Part shown: piece by piece, positions 36,387-47,949 of the stretch
Layout: each line of letters begins with the position of its first letter
Position numbering within the stretch: position 1 is the first letter of the stretch
Source of the DNA: Chara braunii
Lineage: Eukaryota; Plantae; Charophyceae
Length of the DNA stretch: 64,000 nt
Reading direction: 5' to 3'
Assembly: GCA_003427395.1 (NCBI GenBank)
Contig: BFEA01000001.1
Coordinates: 1,116,382-1,180,381, forward strand
Made by a program: the position numbers and the translations under genes
Notes under the pieces: model-generated
The model's input: the letters and a program-made list of their open reading frames with translations, nothing else
The model's database searches: none
Told to the model about the DNA's origin: nothing

Positions 36387-39192
36387 TATCGACCGGTAGA
36401 AGTTTTCTGTCGGCACACCGTCCAAACCCTATACCTCGCGCCGCGTCTGTCACCCACGGGAGGGCTGGTCGGGGCTCATGTAACCTGCACAATCCACGTT
36501 AGTCTTCAACCATACAAAAGTCGACTTCGACTGACTCCACGTCTCATGTACACAAGTCTCACAAGGCAGCGTCTGGGACAAATAGAACAAGCATTTTCAT
36601 TCAATCCAAAACAATGGGGTTCTCAGCACTGTTTCCAGCCTCGAGTGAAAATCCCTCGACTAGGGGGGAGAAATCGGTTTGGGTAGCTACGGATCTCTTC
36701 TGCACTCTGAGCCTGATCCTCCTCCCAATCGGATGCCGGCGATACCGGGCGCGACGGTCCTAGGGGACTGTACTAGAGCTCTCTGTGTCAGAGGTCGCTT
36801 CCCGTGCCCATTGGGGCCAAAGCTCAAGGTCTATTGTGCCTTCTTGCGATAGCGTCGATTCCCATCCCTCACAAAGGCCCCGGATCTCTTCTGCACTCTG
36901 AGCCTGATCCTCCTCCCAATCGGATGCCGGGAGCACCCGTTCATAGCGCCCTTGTTACGTGCCCTCTCAAACCAGCCAGTGTCCGATGTCCCCACTCGTA
37001 GCATCCCTTAAATGTGCCCAAAGAAAGCCCGTTTACGGTGTGCCCCTTCGGTATTCCTCTCCTTTCGCCGTACCTTTGTCCTCCTCCGAGCAACCTTAGA
37101 GTCCCCTTTCGGTTGACCTGCTCCCTGAAGGTGTCCCCCTTGAGTCTGCTAAATGTCCCCCTTCTTCTCCCTGTCGGAGTGCTCCGACCGTCTCCGGTGC
37201 CCCTTCGACGCGCCCTGTTAGAGTGCCCCGTCAGCGTGTCCTTTGGTGCATCCCTTTTGAAGTGTGCCCTTTGTGCCCGGGGCTGCTGTGCGAGGCTGCG
37301 CACCCGTGCGTCCGTGGGCGCTGATGTGCGTGGGGGCCGCACGAGGCTGCGCGCCCGTGCGCGCGCCCAAGTGCATGCGGGGGCTGCGTGGGGCTACGCG
37401 CCCGTGCGCGCGTTGCCTAGGTGCGTGTGGGGCGTCGCGCGCGGTTGCGCACCCGTATGCCCATCCGCCTAGGCGCGTGGGGGGGATCGCGTGTGGCTGC
37501 GCGCCCGTGCGTCCGCCCGCCTAGGTGCGCGGGGGGGGTCGCGCGCGGTTGCGCGCTCGTGCTCCCGTCGCCTAGGTGCGTGGGGGATCGCGCACGGCTG
37601 CACGCTCCGTGCTCGCATCCGCATAAGTGTGCGGGGAGTCGCGCGCGGCTGCGCGCTCAGGGCGCGTGTCCACTTAGGTGCACGAGAGATCGCGCGCGGC
37701 TGCGCGCTCCGTGCGCGCATCCATTTAAGTACTTGGGAGATCGCGTGCGGCTGCGAGCTTGGGCGCCCTTCCATCTAGGTGCGCGGGGGATCGGGCGCGG
37801 CTGCGGGCTCCGTGCGCGCGTCCGCTTAGGTGCGCTGGAGATCGCGCGCGGCTGCGCGCTCGTGCACGTGTCCGCTTAGGTGCCCTGGAGATCGCGCGTG
37901 GCTGCGCGCTCGTGCGCTCATCCGCCTAGGTGCACGGGGGATCGCGAGCGGCTGCGCGCTCCGTGCGCGCGCCGCTTAGGTGCGCGGGGAATCGTGCGTG
38001 GCTGCACGCTCCGTGCACGCGTCCACTTAGGTGTGCGGGAGATCGCGCGTGGCTGCGCGCTCGTGCAGCCGTCCGCCTAGGTGCGTGGGGGATCGCGCGC
38101 GGTTGCGCGCTCCGTGTGCACGTCCTGTGCGCCTTAGTGTGAGCGAGGGGGTTTGGGCGCAGCTGCACGCGCGTCTGTGCGTCTTGGTGCGGCGTGCTCT
38201 CCTCCCTTCCCTTCGTGCATGTTACCTCCTGTTTCTCCCGTGCGTGTTGCCCGTGTTCCCAGGCGTGTTCCCTGACCCTTGTCCGTGCGCATTTGAAGTC
38301 CGTTCTCCTTCCCCGTGCGTGTTGTCATCCGTTGTCCTTTGTGCGCCCTCCACTTGTGCATGCGAGAAGTGTCCCAACCCGGAGCCCTTTTCGGCTTTTA
38401 TGTTTTGCAAGGCTCCACCTCCCTGGCTCTCCACTCTTCGGAGGCTGCCCACGAGTTGCAGCGCCTTGGTACCGGGCCTGTGCCCGAGCCTGATTGGGTC
38501 CCCGAAAGGTTTTCAACGACGGGGGCCTTTTGCTCGGGAAGTGGGCCTTTTGCGACGCCCCGATACCGAGGCTACTCCCGAGCCTGTCCCGGGCCTATTT
38601 GGGCCTAGGTGGTCCCCCACGCTCAAGCGGTACTGGCCCTTGAGAAAACTGAGCAAGGCCCCCCGAAATTGTAGGCCACAAAGGCCCATTTCCAAGCCTT
38701 AGGCCGGGAACCTCTTTTCCTTGGCACCAAGGCCCGCCTAAAAGGCCGGTCTCCATTATCACCAACGCAAGGTGTTCCCGAGACTTGGTCACTCGTGGTA
38801 ACTTCGGAGGCTGCCACTGCTCGAGATGCTCGAAGCTTTGCGTCAAGGGCCCGACGCCCTTTTCCTTCTGGCTTTTCCCCGACCCTTGGTGCAATTCTGG
38901 CCCTTCACGGTGGTGCCCTTTGCCCCGAGCCCTTCGCAATCTATCTGTTGCGGTAGTCTTTCCATGCCCGTCCGCGGCCTAAGCTCGTGTGCGCCTCAGC
39001 CAGGATGTCCCCTCCCATGTCCACGGTTCCATTCTTTCCAGATGTCGCGACCGGTACTCGTGGTGTTGTTCTTGTTGGCATAACTTCCGGATCCTGGTAG
39101 CGGTCCCTGCCGGTAAAGTAAGTGAGCCGGGCCCTTGCCAAGAGCCCTTATCGAGGACGTAAAGGGCGGCATAAGGCTGGAGCCGCCCGACA
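36387..39192 (-). repeat. 5' LTR (2806 bp)
   Basis: Homologous to 21174-24783 but lacks ~810 bp of tandem repeats. Terminal CA has mutated to TA. Confidence 0.93.
37410..38140. repeat. GC/CpG-rich ~51-bp tandem array in the 5' LTR
   Basis: Same unit as 22940-23725. Confidence 0.9.
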
Positions 39193-39601
39193 ACGTGCCT
39201 TGACAAGTAGCTCTCGCATTCGACGCAACAAAAGAAGATGGTCGTCGATGTCAGCCGTTCGTGGAATGATTGTGCAGTGATGGTGAAGGGGACGCAGCTA
39301 GGAGGAGGTGGCTCTCGCGATACTTTGTGGTTCTAGGTGAGGAGAAAGTGGTTTTGGGAGTTTTCAGATAGGGCGAATTCAACGATGACGTTAGTTTTAG
39401 AAGAAAGTTAGTAAATTAGCAGTTAGTGAAGAAAAGTGGTGTGCGGGAGATGGCGGAAACGAACAAGGAAGGAAGGTGAGAAACACTTTTCCCTCATTTC
39501 TCCAGACGGAATGGGGCGAGGGAGAGTGCTTAAGGGGGGGGTTCTGTAGTTGCGAGTCGGATGGCGAGGTTAGTTTTGCTATAGGATTAGTGGTATAGGA
39601 G

Positions 39602-39639
39602 CTGTCTCTTATACACATCTAGATGTGTATAAGAGACAG
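39602..39639. other. Nextera mate-pair junction adapter (assembly artefact)
   Basis: Exact CTGTCTCTTATACACATCT+AGATGTGTATAAGAGACAG (two Tn5 mosaic ends) between duplicated 134-bp blocks 39468-39601 and 39640-39773. Confidence 0.98.
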
Positions 39640-42609
39640 GAAGGAAGGTGAGAAACACTTTTCCCTCATTTCTCCAGACGGAATGGGGCGAGGGAGAGTG
39701 CTTAAGGGGGGGGTTCTGTAGTTGCGAGTCGGATGGCGAGGTTAGTTTTGCTATAGGATTAGTGGTATAGGAGTTAGGAGAAAAGGTGGTGCATGGAGGA
39801 ACCGAAGACTTAGGTGGAGAAATGGTATAGCTTGCTCGTTTCCCAATGAAAACGAGCAAGCGAAGGGTTGTATTCGGGATTTAGGAGGATCGCAAGCCTG
39901 ATAGCCGTGACGACTTTTGTGTTTGGGCAGTGAAATCGGAGAAACGGTCGATAAGAACTGCGTGTGTGATGGCTCAATTTGATGCCGGAAACCGCAGTTG
40001 CGGTCGATCTGTTATAGAAACAGGAAGGCTAGGATTCGTTGTCGGGGTCCTGGCCATAGGTGAGATGATTGGCGATGGGAAATTTGTAGATGGGGCCGTG
40101 AATCTAGCAGAATGGAATGGTGTAGCTGCGCCTGGGAGTGGAGTAGCAAAGTATTCCTTCATCTAGCCATGTTTTAGAGGAAAATTCATCTCGATTTTGC
40201 TCATCCTATAAGTGAACGAGGAGGAGAGGGGGTAGGAGCACGCACCTGATCGATGGCAACAGTTCGGGGGACAGCAACGTGAAGGATCGAACAGGTGGTA
40301 TTATCTCATGTCTAGGGGAGGCTTCATTCTCATTCCTGTTGTGCGATTTCATCGTAGCACAGCTAGAAGATAGGAAGATCTAGAGCGGCCCTGTGAGGAA
40401 CGAATCTGCCCGATTCCTATTGGGCAACATGGTGATGGTACTTACCTTCCACACGACGATTGTAATGAAGGTTTCCCTTCCGCCATCGTGATTCTAGATT
40501 TCCCACCCCTGAGTTTTAGCTTCCCTCATTTTGACTGAACCTGGTCAAGCAAACGGCCAGGTACACTCATATATAAGGTGCTGCAGCAGAGAGGCGGAAG
40601 AAGGGGGCAACGAGTAGAGGGAGAGCGAGAGAGGTGAAGATGACGACCATGTTAGGGTACGTATCTGGTCCTGGCGATTGTCTATGAGGTCAATGTCTTC
40701 ACGTACTTCAGTTCAATCGCACGGCCAGAGGAATTATCAACCGATCGATGTGTTGCACAGTCTGCTGAACGTGGAAACTACGAATGAGCTGCGAACTGGA
40801 GGTTTGCTTGTCGGCCGATACGCTGCTTAGAACCGATCACGTCCCGCGAAGTAGCCTCATCTGGCTGGAATGCCGCTCACCATACCGGTCTAAAGGCTCA
40901 GGGTGGCCGGTCACAAGGGACTGCGGCACTAAGAGTTCTCCGGGTTCGTCGTAATTACTGTTGTTGTGCAATTACTGCGAAGTGTTGAACTTGCTACTAG
41001 GCACTGGTGTTGTGCACCAATGCCGAGCGGCCTGTTTCAGCTTGCTGTTGAATAAAGTGTAAGAAAGATGAGGCATACATACCTGGGACTACGACGGGGC
41101 AAGGAGACAGCACGTACCTGGTTGACGAGAAGGGGTTGCAGGCTAAACCGAAAGTCGAGTATGGTGCCAAACTGCGCAAAGTGCTACCATGGCTGCTGCA
41201 TACCTCTGCAAAGAGCGTGGGAGTGAGTGATTGACGAACGGGTTGAGGGAAGTGTCGTTCGCAGCAGTGGGGGATTAACGGCAGCGACTGTGTTTGATGA
41301 GCATAGCGTTTGCAGTTCGCTGAATCCAGCATCGTGTGTCCTTACGATGCCTCGTTGTTTCACGCGAGGGCTGAGTGCGCCGCATCTTTGATTGTGTACT
41401 GTTGCTCAACGTTGGGAAAGAATGGTATTGTAATCATGACCAGCGCACAGGATGCCATCGAAGGGGATAGCCGAGTTCGCATCGTGGTGGTGGAGCATGA
41501 TGTATGGAAGGGCTACCGCTGTTACCGCTGCTGAGTGTGGTCATTGTTGAGGGAGGACTGTCGAGTTCAATTTGAGGGGACTAGAAGAGATTGTGGCTAC
41601 AGATGTCAGCACCGTGCGTTGCCGACACCGAGCTGCCAGTAGTGGCATAACGGAGTGGCCACAACTGCAGATAGAGGACTGGAACGTGCCAGTGCGTCTT
41701 TTTGACTCGCCGATGCTGCTGCTGCGGCAACCTTTGAGCGGCCTATTGCGATATCCCACTGCGCTGCTGGCAGCACTTAGCACGTACTGGTTGTGCATGT
41801 GCTATATAGCACGGCGCTCGTGCATGGTCTACAACGTGCATTGTTTGAATCTTACGCAGTCTGATGATGAGCTCTTATCGCAGGGAGCAGTGGTGTGATA
41901 CGTCGTTATCAATACATTACGTCGGTGCATCGAGGTTGCGTAGTGGTAACTTAGACGGAGGTTGAAGCCGTGAGACTTGGAAAAGTGGTCAAGAAGTGAA
42001 GAGGCTATCATTGCAACTTGGGAGGTCGTCAAGAGTGTCGCTTTGATCTGCGGTTATGCATGGTTTAAGCCATCTTCACCTGCACTTTGGCCATCATTGC
42101 GGGGCCCTCGGGCGCTTGAAGATAACAAGGCCCTCTCACGCGAGTCTGAGCGCACCCTCCTTGGATCTGAGAGACTTAAACTTTCTCTTTCTATCCTTCT
42201 TACTCCAGGTCTAGTCCTGATCTGAGAGGAAGGCGGTAGGCGGGATTGCAACCCATAGGACCACAGCAAGACTATGTGGCGAGTCCGCCCACCGATTAAG
42301 GGAGCTCTGCCGGAACTCGGGAGAAGTTCTGGAGGCAGGGAACTAAGAGGTAATCATTGCTTCCCCACTATAAACCCAGTTGTAACCCTTATCTGTATTC
42401 CTTGTTACGTTTTGACTGAATTTATTGCATGCCTCCTTACTTTGACTTTACGTTTGACTTTCATGACATAACTAAACTAAGTAAAGGAATGTATGCGCAA
42501 ATTCAGTTTCAGTTTCATTGTCTGACTGAAATCAGACTGTGGGGTTGCATCTGGGGGAAGGTTGGGAGGAGCGTTGTGTTGAGTATGTTTGACTGGGTCA
42601 TTTAAAGAC

Positions 42610-43260
42610 TGGGCAAGTCTCCGTAAGATTGGAGGGCCCAATGCTATGTTTATTTTCGATTGCCTGAAGGACCAGACAGGTTCCCATAAGTTTGGGTGGT
42701 CTGGTTTCTCTGACTTGCAAGGATTGACTATTCAATTTTTTTTGGTTCTGAACGAGGAGGTTTGAGCATGTTCCATAAGTTTGGGTGGCTCAGCCTCTTC
42801 CTGCTTGGCTTTAAGAAAAAAAAACAGGCTGAGGACCAAACATGTTCCATAAGTTTGGGTGGTCTTGGTCCAATGCCACGCACATGCTGGAACCAAAAGG
42901 TTATAACTTGACTATACTTGATTATTATGTTATCTAAGAACAGGCTAGTCAGACAGGGTTCCATAAGTTTGGGTGGTCTGACTATGGCTTATCACAAACT
43001 GAAGAGAGTACTAATTAAGAGTAACCTTGGAGTACGAAGGGGCAGACTGAATCTTGAGCTAAAGATGACCGGTTCAGTTATATGCTACCTCAAAAGACTA
43101 AGTGCAGACAATTATATGAAGTTGGGATACTTAAAACAATTAAGGGCGACTGGGGTGACCTATTCATATGCTCAAAGAAGAGAAAGTTGTTGTGCCCTGT
43201 GTTTGTCTATACTCAATAGTTGAGCTAGACAGGTTCCCATAAGTTTGGGTGGTCTAGCTT
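42610..43260. other. Array of six hairpins with a conserved loop (tcc.taag.ttgg) and variable paired stems
   Basis: Copies at 42610-42640, 42671-42705, 42754-42800, 42833-42871, 42946-42984 and 43222-43260. Confidence 0.8.
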
Positions 43261-43509
43261 TATGGCCTATGTAAGTTGGGTATAAAGGGATAAATCATTG
43301 AAAGACTAGGAACTATTGTTTGATAAGGTTAACTTTGGGTTGGTGAGAGTACTTACCTTTGTGGTTTGGCCTGCATGAGACTGAGTGTGACTGCTACTTA
43401 GTCTGAATTTCAGTTGATAGGTAGTTGCTTTAGTTGCTCGCCACGTGCTAGAGTCATAGGATTTAGTTTCAATTCCTGCATTTTCTGAGCTGAGTTTTTT
43501 TACCGAGGT

Positions 43510-44085
43510 CAATTTCTGCATTTTCTGGAATCTTTTATTATACTTGGTCTTGTATAAATTTTCGTAAGCCATTTTCTCTACGGAAAGCGCTGCCGAAATT
43601 TCTACAAAACCAAGGAGTTAGTCAAATTTTGTCTTTTCAAAGCTCAGTTTGTTTGACTTTCATGACTTAGTAGAAGTCTGGAGAGTCTCATTTTCTAAAG
43701 AGAGTACTACCCAAATTTTTGCTTAGTTCAGGGAGTTAGATAAAATTGGACCGTGAGAAGTCAAAGTCAATTTTAAATTCTGAACTAGGCTTTGTATAAA
43801 TTTTGGTAAGCTATTTTCTCTACGGGAAGCGCTGCCGAAATTTCTGCAAATCCAAGAAGTTAGTCAAAATTCAACTTTTCAAAGTTCAACTTGTCTGATT
43901 TTTATATATGGCTTAGTAAAAATTTGGAGAGTCTCCTTTTGGAATGCTGCCCAAATTTTTGCTAATTCAGGAAGTTAGACAAATTTTGATTTTGAAAAAT
44001 TGAAGATTATTTCTGTTTTTCATATTTAGGTTGATATAAGTTCTGAGAAGACACTTTTCCTACGGGAAGCACTGCCGAAATTTTC
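43510..44085. repeat. ~241-bp degenerate tandem repeat, about 2.3 copies
   Basis: ctacgg.aagc.ctgccgaaattt recurs at ~43577, ~43820 and ~44060. Confidence 0.8.
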
Positions 44086-44106
44086 TTAGACTAGAGGAGA
44101 TAGATT

Positions 44107-44222
44107 ATATTTTGACAGGTGGCGACTCTAGCGGTCCACTCTGTATAGAGGAGATTCTGCTATAGATGATATTTTGACAGGTGGCGACTCTAGCGGTCCA
44201 CTCTGTATAGAGGAGATTCTGC
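44107..44222 (+). repeat. 62-bp-period tandem duplication containing a PBS-like tggcgactc
   Basis: atattttgacaggtggcgactctagcggtccactctgtatagaggagattctgc occurs twice. Confidence 0.85.
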
Positions 44223-47200
44223 CGTAGGTCTACCTTTTTTGGGGCATTGGATTAGAGGTAGGCCTAGGCTTGGCTATCAGGAAAGTCTTGAGTGAGAACG
44301 TGTCATGGGGATTTGATCTTCATACATTAACGATTTAGCTTGGACATTGACCTGTCGTATGATACAGGTCTTCTTTGGACATTCGATCCAGGATTTGGAC
44401 TAGCCTCAGCTTGATCCTACGAGGATCATTTTCTGTTATCACTGATAACAGGTCGGTTGGTTGATCGTCGACTCGTCGGCACACGACATAACTTTGCTTA
44501 CACCTGTACCTCAACTTGATTGCCTTAGCCCTGAGATTTGATATGTTTCTTTGAGGGTTTTAACCAGACTTCTTTTAATGGCCATTATGAAGAACCTATG
44601 AGATTTATGGAAAGTTGAACTATGACTGGGGCTTGAGTGTGTGAGGCGTGGTGTGAGTTACAGGGAACAGTGAAGTTGACCACATTGGTGTATGGCAATG
44701 TGGCTATCGTACGTGCCTGTGTTTTATGCAGGTTAGTATTTTGGAGTTTGGTATATGAGCCGTACCTTGGACACAGTGAGAATGACAACCATATGACGCA
44801 CGATCTGCATACCTGATGGGTTTATGTTTCCCCCTTCTTTTATTTTATCTCGAGATCTGTTTTTGATATATAAGTGTTGGGATGTTTATTTATTTATTGA
44901 TTGATTTCGCTTGTTAATTTTTATAGTTGGACGTTGTAGTCCATGACAGCCGTCAAAGTCAAGCCCCTTGACTTCTTTCCAGGCCCTGGATGATAGAGTT
45001 GGTCTCCAAGGATAAGAGACGATTGCCACCACAGGTATGAACCTGTGTACCACCCACTCTCCGCAGGGTGCAAAAGAGGGTGTTCTTTTCAACCGTCAAG
45101 GCGTGTGTCAACCGACACTTAAGTGTCGAATGTGATTCTCGAGATTAACGAGGACCGGATGAGTATGGGTACTACATAGTATGTCATCATTGCGACTACT
45201 TGCGTAGGCTTGCATTGCGAGTCGATATGAGTTAGCCCTACGTCCGCGCGGTTTTATACTAAGTCTCTCGCGCGACGCCTATCCGATTTCCGCATCGGAG
45301 AGTTATGGGATGACTACTAAGGGACTAGGAGTGTTGTCGTGTTGTTTGTTCTGTGTTGTTCTGTATACGTAAGTGTATGTGTGTGTGTTTTTATTTTTAT
45401 GTTTTTTAGAGTGGTGTACGCGTGGTGCGTGGGATGCGTCCTAGTCGATCAACGATAGGTCGCGCTTGGGACTTCAGGCCCCCCAGGACGTCGGTTCGCG
45501 TGCGGGTCCGATAGAGGCATAAAACCGCACGTACCCCCTATGCTACAACGAACGAGAAACGCCCTCGGCTGGTCCACCTCAGCAATTGCAGCTGATTAAC
45601 TTTCGTACTGTGGACTGGTAGCTCGGCGGGGATACGCCCACCGAAGGCAGGTGACAACTCCCGTAAGGTGGAGGTAAGTCGTGCCTCGTGTAGGCCCTAT
45701 CCTGTCGTAAGGGCTCGCGAGAGGTATGGCTGGTGCACTCGGCCGAAGCGGCTTGTGGAAACTCCATATGTATTCGCGACGAGGATCGGACCGACTCCTG
45801 CGTGACGCGGCAGGGAGGGTCCCGCCCTGCCTTGTGCAGTGCCGGACCGATGCGCTCGACAACGACCTTGGAGCAGCGCTGCTGGGGAAAAAGCAAGGAC
45901 TTGGAGGAGGAAGAAGGACAGGAAGGACTCAAAAGAGGGATTCACACTTTGATTCTGGTTTAGCTATTCAACATTGTATTATTATTTCTTGTGTGAATAA
46001 GAGAGGAGGAGATAAGGAAGAAGAGAGAGTTGAGCGAAGAAGAAGAGCTTTATCATTTGTCTATGCTGGTGTACATCTTCTTCTTCTTCTTCTTCCAGCC
46101 TTCTCTCTCCTATCAAGTTCATTTATTTTTTTCTGCAATTGGACGGCACTGTACTATCTGATGAATGTGTATCTCGACATTGGCCAGGATCATAACACCT
46201 CGCTCAATCCTTGGACCTGATATTCCCCACCGTCAAGATCTTGATCTTGACGGTGCCGCTTGCTTCGTTCGTTCACCCTACATGCGCAGCCCACTGTTTC
46301 CAGTGGGACACTCGAGTCCCTTGCTAGTCCCATTTTCTAGTCCCGCCAGTAGTCTCGCCGACACATGTCCCACTTTTCGATTATTTTTATTCGGGCCCAC
46401 TTAGTCCCCGACAGTGTTACCGTAGACGTCCCATTTTTATTTGGGACTCCTCAGTCCCCGTCAGCCCAAGTCTCTCCATGCCTCAAGTGCCTTGATTATT
46501 CCTAACCGCGAGATCCTCATCTCGCAGCTGCCATTTACTGTCTCCACTTGCTCCAAGCTTGAGACACATCTTTCTAGTGTCTTGAGTGTGGTAAGGGTCA
46601 TTTTCCCTTGGGCTTGGCACCCTAGGGCAGTCTGTTATTTTTCGGACTGCATTGCCCCACAGCCTGCCCCTAACTAAATCAAAGTGAAGCAACTCATTTC
46701 CAGGTGCATTCAACCTCAATATTGGTTCCGGGTGTACCCAAAACATGTGTTTTCCCTCTCTTTAGTAATCTGTTGTATCTCGGTTGCATGAGGCCTTGAT
46801 TTTCTCTGATTTTCTCAGTAAAATCTAAAGAAAATCAAAGTACTTTGTAACCAATTCATCCCAGGATGAATCCAGTCACAAAATGTATCTCCCAAGTGAC
46901 TGTTTTTTACCGTTAGTGCCCTTTTTCTTTTTCTTTTCTTTCTCTTTTCCTTTTCCCTCCAAAACTAAATAGTAGGGACTTGCTAGTCCCGACCCGTGCC
47001 AGTCCCCACTGACGGCCAACTCACTCACTCCGTCTCATCCTCCTTTGTCTCATTCTCCCTCCTTTTTCTCTCCTTTTCAAAGTTTTTCTTTCTTTTTCTT
47101 GCATGTAAAGTGTCAACGAGCTGTTGAGGCCTTTTCTAGGCCCCACCTCTTGCTTTAGGCCCTGCCCATACCCAAGGTGCAGTCCATTATTTCTCGGACA

Positions 47201-47949
47201 GCAACCGTGGCATCCCCATACTCATGGGAGCCTTATTTAACCTCTGTTTTCTCCCAACTGTGGCCCCTTCTACTCCGATTTTCTCCCGGAGGCTTATCTT
47301 TCCCATATAGCCTCTCGAGACTCCATGGTGCCTGATCTGATTTTCTCTCGGATTGCAGTAATGCCCCTTCCTCCAGTTTTCTTTGCTTCCCTTTTCCTTT
47401 CAGGCTCTCCCGCTTGCTCCCACTAGTGCTTGCTCTAGTGGTGCTAATTTTCTTGGTCGTTCAGATCTTAATCTTGACGTCGCTGCTTGCTCCTGAATAT
47501 TTATTTCTCGTGGCACTCCCGAACTCCTCCTTGGGACAACTCAGGTCCCTGTCACTTATCCCGCACTAATCCCCGACACTTGTCCCGCATTAGTCACCAA
47601 CACTTGTCCCGCTGGTGGTCCCGTTGGCACTCGTCCCAAAATGCCATTATTTTTACTTAGTCTCATGCGGTTCCCGACGCCTTTCCCCATGGTTTCTCGG
47701 TTTTTCTTGGCATTTCCCATTTCTCGGCGGGCCCATTTTCCGCCTCCTCCTGCGACCCAAGCGCACCGAGTCTTCTCGGCTGCGAGATCTCTAATCTCGC
47801 GGTCACCGTTTATTGCCGCAAATGGCCCCCATGCTTGGGGCCTGCTTTTCTGGTGCCTTGTGGCCGTCAAGGCTCTTTCTCTCATGGCCTTGACATTCCC
47901 CTGTGGTCTGTCGCGTTCCCTTTAGATCCCTATGACGTTGAAGGGAGGA

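Larger units (their letters stand above)
21174..39192 (-). mobile_element. Full-length 18 kb non-chromovirus Ty3/gypsy LTR retrotransposon with extra 5' ORFs
   Basis: Two long direct repeats, PBS, PPT, gag-PR-RT-RH-INT order, and a 4-bp TSD (gcgt 21170-21173 / acgt 39193-39196) whose removal restores the host reading frame RELLVKAR-DQMAK. Confidence 0.93.

Noticed and set aside
39602-39639. Tn5/IS50 insertion or horizontal transfer
   Set aside because: Exact synthetic mosaic-end junction with no transposase.
42610-43260. CRISPR array (repeats with unique spacers)
   Set aside because: Spacers vary about 8-fold in length, repeat flanks vary, there are no cas genes and the context is eukaryotic.
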